From: an uncultured Veillonellaceae bacterium
GTDB lineage: Bacteria; Bacillota; Negativicutes; JARBTT01
Reading direction: 5' to 3'
Assembly (NCBI GenBank): GCA_963805085.1
Contig: CAWDTA010000004.1
Location: forward strand, 160,001-224,000
DNA length: 64,000 bases
Shown: positions 55,438 through 64,000 of the stretch, piece after piece
Layout of the letters: each line of letters starts with the position of its first letter
How positions within the stretch are numbered: position 1 is the first letter of the stretch
The notes under the pieces: generated by a model
Told to the model about the DNA's origin: nothing
What the model saw: the letters and a program-made list of their open reading frames with translations, nothing else
Database searches by the model: none
Translations under genes and position numbers: made by a program

Positions 55438-56718
55438 TTAAAGAACTTGCATGACAAAGAATATAAAAAATCCTAGTAATGCGCCAACGATAGAACCATT
55501 CATTCGAATCCATGTCAGATCTTGATCTACTTTAGAATAAATGAGCTCATTGAGTTCTTCATCACTCAGTTCCTTCATCACTTCATTTACAATAACTCCA
55601 ATTAAAGCTTGCGCTTGCAGTACAATTCGGCCGACAAGATCATATAAATAGGCTTCAATTTCTTGATTTACGTCATCATCATTCTTTAAGATTGCTAAGC
55701 CCCGATCAATCTCATCTGTGACAAATTTTGCAATTGGTGATTGAAATGCGAGGTTACTTCCCATTTCTGTACTCGGGCAACGCTTACAAAGTTCCACCAT
55801 CCGTTCAATAAAGCTTGCCAATTCAGCCTGCAATGAAAGATTTTCTATAATACCAGTTTGCCAGACGTGTATCATGTTCTGCCAACTACTATCTACTAGT
55901 AATTCATCCATCGAATCTTTGATCTTCACAAATAACCATTGACGCAGTGGATTATCTTCATTCTCTAGGTCTTCAACAAATTTTAATAATTGTTCATCCA
56001 CTACCTCTGCCGCTTCTTCATAGTTGATGATATCTGTCTTTTGCGCAGCGAAAGCAACGAGTGCAAATAAAAGATTCTTACTTTGCTCTTCGACATAGCG
56101 TTCAATATAGTCAGAAATTTTTTGTTTGGTTTCTTCTCCTTTAAGTAAAATTTTCAGTTCGGCAAGAAGATAATTGAACAACTGTTCCTCTTTCTGATGA
56201 TCGATCGCCCATTGCCATAGATTCCTTGATAAATCTTCTAACGGAATTTTTTGCAAACTACCTTTTACCTCTTGTTCCAATTTAAGCGCAATTTCTTCAG
56301 CATCAATTTTCATCAACGATTGCTCGATAAATTCGATCATAAGACCAGAGAACAATTCTTTGCCTTGATTTTGTTCTACCCAAAGGAGTATCATATCCAC
56401 TAAACTTACTTTCTTTAATCTGATCATGAGTTTTTTCTTAGAAAAAAATTCATTTTGTACCATCGCCACACAAGCCTGAATCAGCATTTCACGCTTACGG
56501 GGAATAAGCTCTGTATGATAAGAAAAACCTAACGGTTTTTTAAATAAGGCGGTGACTGCAAACCAATCGGCAATTCCCCCAACCAAAGCAGCTTCCGTAC
56601 AAAAGAATGCGCCTTCGATAAACACACTATGCTGATACTGTATTTTTAAAAATAGCACTACGATAAATAATATGAAAATAGTGCCAAGTAGGCGATCTGC
56701 TTTATTGAATTGATTCAT
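55438..56718 (-). CDS. DUF445 membrane protein
   Basis: EAALVGGIADWFAVTALF and DLTWIRMNGS motifs. Confidence 0.88.
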   Translation of the reverse strand: MNQFNKADRLLGTIFILFIVVLFLKIQYQHSVFIEGAFFCTEAALVGGIADWFAVTALFKKPLGFSYHTELIPRKREMLIQACVAMVQNEFFSKKKLMIRLKKVSLVDMILLWVEQNQGKELFSGLMIEFIEQSLMKIDAEEIALKLEQEVKGSLQKIPLEDLSRNLWQWAIDHQKEEQLFNYLLAELKILLKGEETKQKISDYIERYVEEQSKNLLFALVAFAAQKTDIINYEEAAEVVDEQLLKFVEDLENEDNPLRQWLFVKIKDSMDELLVDSSWQNMIHVWQTGIIENLSLQAELASFIERMVELCKRCPSTEMGSNLAFQSPIAKFVTDEIDRGLAILKNDDDVNQEIEAYLYDLVGRIVLQAQALIGVIVNEVMKELSDEELNELIYSKVDQDLTWIRMNGSIVGALLGFFIFFVMQVL

Positions 56719-56719
56719 C

Positions 56720-57970
56720 TTAGCACCATACCCTTTCTGCTAGGTAAGTAATCACATATAGTAACATGCCTACTAAACCACCGATCAAAGAGCCATTAAT
56801 CCGGATCATTTGCAAATCATCGCCGACTCTATTTTCAATAAAGTTAACCAACGCCTCATTGGAAAATTCGTTTAATCGTTCTTGCATAATTTTCACAATC
56901 ATATCATGTTGCTCGGTAATAAATATCTCTAGATATGCTTTAATTTTTGTATCCACTATCGCCTGTACTCGGGTGCTTTTCTTTAATTCTACTACTTTTT
57001 CATCAATAAATTTATCAATATGACTTGGAGTAGCCAACGATTTATCGATAGCTACTGGCTGCAAAATTGTGTGAATATACGAGCTTACCTTCTCACCGAT
57101 ATTTAATTTTTCAGTAATTATTTTTTCTTGATAATATTTAATCAGCTCTTGAAAACTAAGATTAGCATCTAATGTTACAACCATCCCTTTTAAAGATCGT
57201 TTTAACTGTACCCGCAGTTTATGATCGCTTGCATGCAACGACTCTAGATATTTGATGATTTCTTTTTGTGCCATTGCCGCCAAACGATCCGAGGATATCG
57301 CAAAAACCATACTAGCTATTTGCCTGCGTTTGCTACTACCTTCATATTCTTCTTTAGCTTTTTCAATTAAGAAAGCTAGATTTTTCTTCATCTCTTCTTC
57401 ACGAATGATCAAAATTAACTCATCTAAAATAAAATTTACAATAGTTTCATCATAATGATGCTCAATTGACCAGATCAAACTCGTTTGCAGCACAGGAATT
57501 AAATTGATATCTTTTGCTCCATCTTTTACAACCCTTTCTACCAATACACCGATTGCTTGGCCATCCACATTATGTAATAGAGCTGTGCTAAGCTGCTGCG
57601 CTAATACCTTTACCTTTGTTTGCCCATTGTTTTCTTCCAAGTATTTGATAACCATTTCGCTCGTATCGTATTGCTGAACAACATTCATAATGTTCATCGG
57701 ATTTAATAAATCCTTACTCACAAAAACGATCATTTCATTAAAAATCCGTTGACGATTACGCGGAATAATTTCTGTTCGATAAACGATTCCTAATGGTCTA
57801 CGAAACAAAGCAGTAATCGCAAACCAATCCGCCAGACCGCCAATCATAGCTGCCAAAAAACCACTATAAATCAATCCTCCCCAAAAACTCGCATGATAGG
57901 GGTAGGTAAATAGACATCCAACCATACTAATTGTGAGTGCGACTGTTGCTTTATACTTTTTTGTAAGCAT
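56720..57970 (-). CDS. DUF445 membrane protein
   Basis: AAMIGGLADWFAITALFR and DLQMIRINGS motifs; ATG at 57970. Confidence 0.88.
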   Translation of the reverse strand: MLTKKYKATVALTISMVGCLFTYPYHASFWGGLIYSGFLAAMIGGLADWFAITALFRRPLGIVYRTEIIPRNRQRIFNEMIVFVSKDLLNPMNIMNVVQQYDTSEMVIKYLEENNGQTKVKVLAQQLSTALLHNVDGQAIGVLVERVVKDGAKDINLIPVLQTSLIWSIEHHYDETIVNFILDELILIIREEEMKKNLAFLIEKAKEEYEGSSKRRQIASMVFAISSDRLAAMAQKEIIKYLESLHASDHKLRVQLKRSLKGMVVTLDANLSFQELIKYYQEKIITEKLNIGEKVSSYIHTILQPVAIDKSLATPSHIDKFIDEKVVELKKSTRVQAIVDTKIKAYLEIFITEQHDMIVKIMQERLNEFSNEALVNFIENRVGDDLQMIRINGSLIGGLVGMLLYVITYLAERVWC

Positions 57971-58058
57971 ATTATCACTTCCTGTAAAATAAAATATCCA
58001 TAATAGATTACTTCTATTATGGATATAGTTACTCCTACATAAAATCAACAAATTTTAT

Positions 58059-59300
58059 CTAAGCATTGAAATTTTTTTCATAAGATTCATTAAACTGTTC
58101 TTTTGTTAACTCTTTTTCCCAACACGCCACTACAATAGTAGCGACACAATTTCCTAATACATTACACAAGGTACGAATCATATCTAATATTCTATCAATA
58201 CCAAGAATAATGGCAATGCCATCGGCTGGTAAGCCAAATGCAGTAGCGGTTGCCGCAATAACAATAAAGGAAGCCCCGGGTACCCCAGCAATTCCTTTTG
58301 TCGATAACATCAAGCTTAGCATAATCAGCAATTGTTGTCCCAATGGAATATCGACACCATATATCTGGGCAATAAAGATCAGTGCTAAGGCACTGTACAA
58401 GGTAGAACCATCTAAATTAAAAGAATATCCCGTTGGGATAACAAAAGTTACAATATGCTTTGGTACGCCTACTTCTTCTAACCGTTGCATTACCAAAGGC
58501 AAAGCAGCTTCACTACTCGCTGTAGAAAAGGCTAGTATCAATGGTTCTCTAAGGGCTTTTATTAAATGGAATAAATTAATTTTAGTAATGATCGATGCAC
58601 AGATAATTAACACCAATAAAAACGCCGAAACAGCAACAACCAATGAAATAAATAATTTTCCTAACGGGATTAACATCGCTAAACCGAAATTACCGATCGT
58701 GTAAGAAATCATTGCGAAAATACCAATTGGTGCAAGTCTCATCACATAGTGCGTCACTTTAAACATAGCTTCGGCAATACTACGGCAAACATTGACAATA
58801 ATTTCTCCATCTTTACCAATATGTGCTACGCCAACGCCAAAAAAGCAAGTAAAGAAAATGATTTGTAGCATATCGGCTCGAACACAAGCATCCACAACAT
58901 TGGTAGGGATAATGTGAAGAATATATTCTACCATATCAATTGGTTTATTCGCTGCCATTTGTGTACTGCCATCTGCTGGTAACGGAATGTTCACCCCAAT
59001 ACCTGGTTCGATGAGATTCACAGTAAGCAGACCAATGGCAAGCGCCACTGTAGTTGCTATTTCAAACCAAATGATCGCTTTACCGCCCAAACGGCCTAAT
59101 TTTTTAAAATCACCGGTCCCAGCAATTCCCATAACTAAAGTAGTAAAGATCAATGGTACCACAATCATTTTTATCATGCGGATAAATGCGTCACCTAAAG
59201 GCTTTAGCTTCGCACCTATTTCTGGGAAAAAATATCCGAATAAGGCTCCCAAAACTAAGCCTAAAAAAATCTGTGCACTAAGGCCAAACTTTTTTTTCAT
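58059..59300 (-). CDS. gltP: Glutamate/aspartate:cation symporter (DAACS), paralog 2
   Basis: FSTASSEAALP, GYSFNLDG and DRILDMIRT motifs. Confidence 0.88.
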   Translation of the reverse strand: MKKKFGLSAQIFLGLVLGALFGYFFPEIGAKLKPLGDAFIRMIKMIVVPLIFTTLVMGIAGTGDFKKLGRLGGKAIIWFEIATTVALAIGLLTVNLIEPGIGVNIPLPADGSTQMAANKPIDMVEYILHIIPTNVVDACVRADMLQIIFFTCFFGVGVAHIGKDGEIIVNVCRSIAEAMFKVTHYVMRLAPIGIFAMISYTIGNFGLAMLIPLGKLFISLVVAVSAFLLVLIICASIITKINLFHLIKALREPLILAFSTASSEAALPLVMQRLEEVGVPKHIVTFVIPTGYSFNLDGSTLYSALALIFIAQIYGVDIPLGQQLLIMLSLMLSTKGIAGVPGASFIVIAATATAFGLPADGIAIILGIDRILDMIRTLCNVLGNCVATIVVACWEKELTKEQFNESYEKNFNA

Positions 59301-59522
59301 ATTGTATCCTCCCAACATTACTTTAAAATATATTAATAGTTTCTTGTATTTTTATAGAAAAATACAATGGTATGTCTAATTTCATACGATTCATCATAAA
59401 TTATATATATATATTAAATACTTTTTCAGTGTTTTCTTTTATCATTATAGAAAAAAAGACCCTATTGATAACACTTTGGCTAAGCATCATCAATAGGGTT
59501 TCATCTTCACTAAAAATTCTAC

Positions 59523-60770
59523 TTAAGCGTTAAAATTCTTTTCATATGCATCGTTGAAAGCTTCGACCGTTAAATCTTTTTCCCAACGAGCTACCACTAC
59601 AGTAGCAATACAGTTACCAAAAACGTTACAACAAGTACGAACCATGTCTAAGATACGGTCAACGCCAAGAACAATTGCTACGCCATCGGCTGGTAAGCCA
59701 AACGCAGTAGCAGTAGCAGCTACAACAATAAAGCCTGCCCCTGGTACACCGGCAATTCCTTTGGTCGATAACATCAACGTTACCATCATTAATAACTGTT
59801 GGCCTAATGATAAATCTATTCCATAAATTTGCGCAATAAAAATTACCGTTAAAGAACTATATAAAGTCGAGCCATCTAAATTAAAAGAATATCCCGTCGG
59901 CATAACAAAAGTTACAATATTTTTAGGTACCCCCAGTTGTTCTAACCGTTGCATTGCGATTGGCAATGCAGCCTCACTACTAGCCGTAGAAAAGGCAAGT
60001 AATAAAGCTTCTTTTACGCCTTTTACAACATGAATAAAATTAATTCCGGTAATCATTGATGCACTGGCAAGCAGTATCGCTAAAAAGACTATGGTTGCCC
60101 CAATCAATGATAAAATCAATTTTCCTAGTGGAATCAACATACCAACGCCAAAACTACCTACCGTATAAGCAATCATAGCAAAAATACCAATTGGCGCTAA
60201 GCGCATTACATAATGTGTTACTTTAAACATTGCTTCAGCGATGCTACGGCAGAAATTTACGATAATCTCTGAATCCTTGCCGATATGTGCTACACCAACA
60301 CCAAAGAAACACGTAAAGAAGATAATTTGTAACATATCATTACGAGAACAAGCATCCACAATATTAGTTGGAATAATATGTAAAACATATTCTACCATGT
60401 CAATTGATTTTTTAGCAGTAGCAGCCGCTTGCGCACTTGCATCCGCTGGCACTGGGATGTTTACACCAACGCCTGGTTCTATAAGATTCACAGCAATAAG
60501 ACCTACTGCAAGAGCTACTGTAGTTGCGACCTCAAACCAAATAATTGCCTTACCACCTAGGCGACCTAATTTTTTAAAATCACCAGTGCCGGCAATCCCC
60601 ATTACCAATGTACTAAAAATTAATGGTACAACGATCATTTTAATCATACGGACGAAACCATCGCCAACTGGTTTTAACTTAGCACCTATTTCCGGAAAAA
60701 AATAACCAAATAATGCCCCAATAATCAACCCTAAAAGAATCTGTGTGCTAAGACCAATTTTTTTATTCAT
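59523..60770 (-). CDS. gltP: Glutamate/aspartate:cation symporter (DAACS), paralog 1
   Basis: Same motifs as paralog 2; consensus promoter TTGACA-17-TATAAT at 60912-60884. Confidence 0.88.
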   Translation of the reverse strand: MNKKIGLSTQILLGLIIGALFGYFFPEIGAKLKPVGDGFVRMIKMIVVPLIFSTLVMGIAGTGDFKKLGRLGGKAIIWFEVATTVALAVGLIAVNLIEPGVGVNIPVPADASAQAAATAKKSIDMVEYVLHIIPTNIVDACSRNDMLQIIFFTCFFGVGVAHIGKDSEIIVNFCRSIAEAMFKVTHYVMRLAPIGIFAMIAYTVGSFGVGMLIPLGKLILSLIGATIVFLAILLASASMITGINFIHVVKGVKEALLLAFSTASSEAALPIAMQRLEQLGVPKNIVTFVMPTGYSFNLDGSTLYSSLTVIFIAQIYGIDLSLGQQLLMMVTLMLSTKGIAGVPGAGFIVVAATATAFGLPADGVAIVLGVDRILDMVRTCCNVFGNCIATVVVARWEKDLTVEAFNDAYEKNFNA

Positions 60771-61153
60771 TTTGCATCCCCCTAGTAGTATTTTTGTATT
60801 TTTTATACTTTATTTTTGGCTATTCTATTTGAGCAATTTAATTATAAATTACATCAATATAGAATTGGTCACTCAAGTTAATTATTATATAGATGACCAT
60901 ATATTTTGTCAATAAAATTACGTATGTATACAATATGTAATATACAATAATTATTATATCTCATATATTAATTATTGTATACATATAATCGCAATTTTTT
61001 AAATATTTAAAAATCATTTTATTGTACTTACGTATCACTAAATAGTATTGCAAAATTTCATCTAAACTAAAAAGACTTCCACAAAATAATTGCAGAAGTC
61101 TCCGACTGAGATTCAATAAGTTTATTTACAGCATCTCATTAATTTAGTTTATA

Positions 61154-61657
61154 TTATTCATGATGGTGATGTCCACCACAACAACCGCCACCATGCGTAT
61201 GACCTTGACTATGTCCACCACCACAGACATGACGAACTCCATTTTCTAGTTTGATTTTTTTCAAACTTTTGCATTTCGGACATTCAATTTCATAACCATG
61301 TTTACCACCTTCCTCGCAAGGTGGCACCTCCCATACATGTTGACATTCTTGACATTCAAATGTTCTGTTAGCCATTTTATAATTTCCCCCTTCTATTAAT
61401 ATGGTACGGCCTTCCACCAGAGCAACTGCAAACTTTTCTCTAGCAGACTGTAAAATTCGTTGAAACGTCGGTCGAGATAATCTCATCACCTCTGCCGCAC
61501 CAGCTTGATCTAGGCCTTGATAATCTTTTAAGCGTATTGCTTCAAATTCTTCGAAATGGATAACTACAGCAGCCTTGTCAGCACCAATATCACTGGAAAA
61601 TTTTCGGCATTCGGGTAAATCGTCAATCAATCCACAGCATCGTAATCTTGCCAACAT
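61154..61657 (-). CDS. DUF134 DNA-binding protein with zinc ribbon and His/Cys-rich tail
   Basis: EEFEAIRLKDYQGLDQ..AA..M.LSRPTFQRIL.SAR motif; CxxC...CPKC; tail HSQGHTHGGGCCGGHHHHE. Confidence 0.88.
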   Translation of the reverse strand: MLARLRCCGLIDDLPECRKFSSDIGADKAAVVIHFEEFEAIRLKDYQGLDQAGAAEVMRLSRPTFQRILQSAREKFAVALVEGRTILIEGGNYKMANRTFECQECQHVWEVPPCEEGGKHGYEIECPKCKSLKKIKLENGVRHVCGGGHSQGHTHGGGCCGGHHHHE

Positions 61658-61673
61658 TACCATTCCCTTCATT

Positions 61674-61687
61674 TGAGCATATGCTCA
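61674..61687. promoter_or_regulatory. Perfect 14-bp palindrome, putative DUF134 operator
   Basis: TGAGCATATGCTCA between the promoter region and the RBS. Confidence 0.65.
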
Positions 61688-61798
61688 TTATTAGTATATA
61701 CCGACTCTTTTACTTTTACAAGTAAATCTTATATAAATCTAAAAAAATGGGGGTTACTGCCGTTTTCATGGCGATAACTCCCATTCTTTTAGATTATT

Positions 61799-63022
61799 TT
61801 ATTTTTCTTTATGGATAATTTTCGCTACCTTCGGTGCTCGAATCACTGCCGTTCTAGGAATATCTGTACCTAGTAATGGCATGATATATTCTCTAAATTC
61901 TGAGGTTACATCATTGCCCTCTGCATTGATAAATTTATCTGGCATCGTTTGTGTAAGTCCGGCAACCTCCTGAATTGGTAATATAGTGTACTGAACGGCG
62001 TAATTACCAATACGTTCAATACAAACAGAACCTGATTTTCCCTGCCGAGCAGCAAATTGTACTGCTTTTTCGCCAACCTCACGTGCTTCATCTTGGTCAA
62101 CGTCAGATACATTTCCTAAGAAACAACGTTGGATATACCCAAACGTATCGGCACGTACTCTTTTAATATTTAATTTAGCCTTGATGGTCTCAGCAAGAAG
62201 ATTACCAAGCGCGCCATTGCCGGAAATATTAACATTGCCATGGGCATCTAATTCTAAACTTTTCATATGTTTCGTTACAATTGCGACGCCTTCTGCATCA
62301 ACAATGCCTTCTGAAACCGCAATCACACAACGACCTAATCGATCATAAACCCGTTTAACATCTGCTAAAAAAGTTTCCATATCAAAATGTCGTTCTGGTA
62401 AATAGATCAAATGCGGGCCATCACCAGGGAATTTTCTCGCCGCACTTGCCGATGCTGTTAAGAAGCCTGCATGTCTCCCCATGATAACCCCAACATAAAT
62501 ACCGCCGAGCGCTTTCATATCTAAATTGATACCAGAAAACGCCTGCATCACGAACCGAGCTGCTGAACCGTAACCTGGTGTATGGTCATTGCCCAGCAAA
62601 TCATTATCAATTGTTTTTGGTACGTGAATCGCGCGAAGAGCATATCCCTCTACTTCAGCGTATTCATTAACAATTCTTACCGTATCAGATGAATCATTGC
62701 CGCCAATATAGAAAAAATAACGAATTTCGTGCGCTTTTAGCACTTTAAAAATTTCACGACAATACGCTTTATCAGGTCTTACACGAGTTGATAATAACGC
62801 TGATGATGGAGTCATTGCTACATCATTTAAGTTACGAGTTGTTTCTTGTGTTAAGTCAACTAAATCTTCGTTGACGATACCTTCAACACCTCGAATTGCA
62901 CCATAAACCCGCGTAATTTCAGGGTGTCTTTTCGCTTCCTCAACAATACCAACCAAGCTTTGATTAATCACTGCAGTTGGGCCACCACCTTGAGCAACTA
63001 CCGCCTTACCTATTAAAGTCAT
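61799..63022 (-). CDS. 6-phosphofructokinase, probably PPi-dependent
   Basis: GGGPTAVIN, GGNDS (Asp typical of PPi-type), PKTIDND and MGRHAG motifs. Confidence 0.9.
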   Translation of the reverse strand: MTLIGKAVVAQGGGPTAVINQSLVGIVEEAKRHPEITRVYGAIRGVEGIVNEDLVDLTQETTRNLNDVAMTPSSALLSTRVRPDKAYCREIFKVLKAHEIRYFFYIGGNDSSDTVRIVNEYAEVEGYALRAIHVPKTIDNDLLGNDHTPGYGSAARFVMQAFSGINLDMKALGGIYVGVIMGRHAGFLTASASAARKFPGDGPHLIYLPERHFDMETFLADVKRVYDRLGRCVIAVSEGIVDAEGVAIVTKHMKSLELDAHGNVNISGNGALGNLLAETIKAKLNIKRVRADTFGYIQRCFLGNVSDVDQDEAREVGEKAVQFAARQGKSGSVCIERIGNYAVQYTILPIQEVAGLTQTMPDKFINAEGNDVTSEFREYIMPLLGTDIPRTAVIRAPKVAKIIHKEK

Positions 63023-63202
63023 TTTTGCCTCCTAAATATTTTATCATACTCATAAAAACTTTTGTGTTCTTATTATACTAATTTAACGCTGCAGTTTCTA
63101 GCCTTTTCTGGAGATTTTAACTAAATTATTTTTACAATTGTCTTTATATTTTGTAATTTCATCAAAGAGCCAACCCTTTCAAATTGAACGGTTGGCTCTT
63201 TA

Positions 63203-64000
63203 TTATCTACGTTTTCTATTTTTATCTTTTGTATTATTATTTTGTTCTTTACCTGTTGGCTTTGGTTTACGACGACTGCGATTATTCGATCCACCGTGTT
63301 TTGTCCCTTTGCGATTTGCATATTTACTCAAAGAAACTCTTTTTTCTTTTTTCGGCTCTAGGTCTTTTTCTTGCTCTGTTTTCACTCTAGCAACTTGTTC
63401 TTTGTTTGCTTTTACCGTTGCCTTTTGTCTATTAATACGATTCTTAATCCCTTGTTCAATGATACGGAGGAAATCATGTTGCCGTGCATTGACAAAGGTA
63501 ATCGCTTTCCCTTTTTCCCCAGCGCGACCGGTTCTACCGATACGGTGGATATAGCTTTCTACATCATGGGGAATGTCATAGTTAAACACATGGGTTACGC
63601 CTTCTACATCAAGACCACGTGCTGCAATATCAGTAGCAACTAAAATTTGCAATTTAGCCGTACTAAAACGACGCATGACTTGCGTCCGTTTCGCCTGCGT
63701 TAAATCACCATGCAATTCATCTACTAAGTAGCCACGTCTTGCAAGTTCTGTCGTTACTTCAGTTACGCGTTGCTTGGTATGACAAAATACCATAGCAAGA
63801 TATGGTTGGTATTCGTTAATCATCGCACAGAGCTGATCTAATTTCGTATCTTCGTTTGTATCAATGATCACTTGCTCAATTTCATCTAATGTAATATTTT
63901 CTGCTTGAATATGAATATCTTGTGGAGATTTCATATAATGATAGGAAAGTCCACGAATACGTTCGGGAATCGTTGCTGAGAAGAACATCGTTTGACGGTC
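63203..64000 (-). CDS. DEAD-box RNA helicase (3' part; runs off window end)
   Basis: FSAT, TDIAARGLD and HRIGRTGRAG motifs; basic C-terminal tail. Confidence 0.95.
   Translation of the reverse strand, partial: DRQTMFFSATIPERIRGLSYHYMKSPQDIHIQAENITLDEIEQVIIDTNEDTKLDQLCAMINEYQPYLAMVFCHTKQRVTEVTTELARRGYLVDELHGDLTQAKRTQVMRRFSTAKLQILVATDIAARGLDVEGVTHVFNYDIPHDVESYIHRIGRTGRAGEKGKAITFVNARQHDFLRIIEQGIKNRINRQKATVKANKEQVARVKTEQEKDLEPKKEKRVSLSKYANRKGTKHGGSNNRSRRKPKPTGKEQNNNTKDKNRKRR

Noticed and set aside
48183-60705. Long antisense ORFs opposite kdpB and the gltP genes
   Set aside because: Codon-bias shadows of well-supported genes on the other strand.

Overview
Chromosomal window from a low-GC Firmicute, probably a Negativicute (Selenomonadales/Sporomusaceae-like; judged by eye from 16S and gene content). 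It opens with an rRNA operon on the minus strand: partial 23S, tRNA-Ala, and a 16S with an enlarged V1 helix. Most of the rest is housekeeping and transport genes (thiM/thiW, ade, topB, azlCD, pepS, folT, aspA, panBCD, kdpFABCDE, cls, cobO, tandem DUF445 and gltP pairs, PPi-Pfk, DEAD-box helicase). An accessory island at about 18.2-26.8 kb holds an intact REP-associated tyrosine transposase between 24-bp inverted REP-like motifs, a group II intron 5' remnant, a decayed KS0-thioesterase PKS gene, an MFS gene, three IS3 3' remnants, and REP-bracketed cargo (a 105-aa orphan gene and a sense/antisense structured-RNA locus). Best leads for new biology: (1) a possible RAYT/REP gene-cassette system, (2) a THF-riboswitch operon pairing folT with a catalytically altered RPE-like enzyme, (3) an orphan sRNA sharing a TTGTATACAA-type operator with aspA and gltP, and (4) several MITE-like palindromic repeats. 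All family assignments come from motif recognition; no searches were run.
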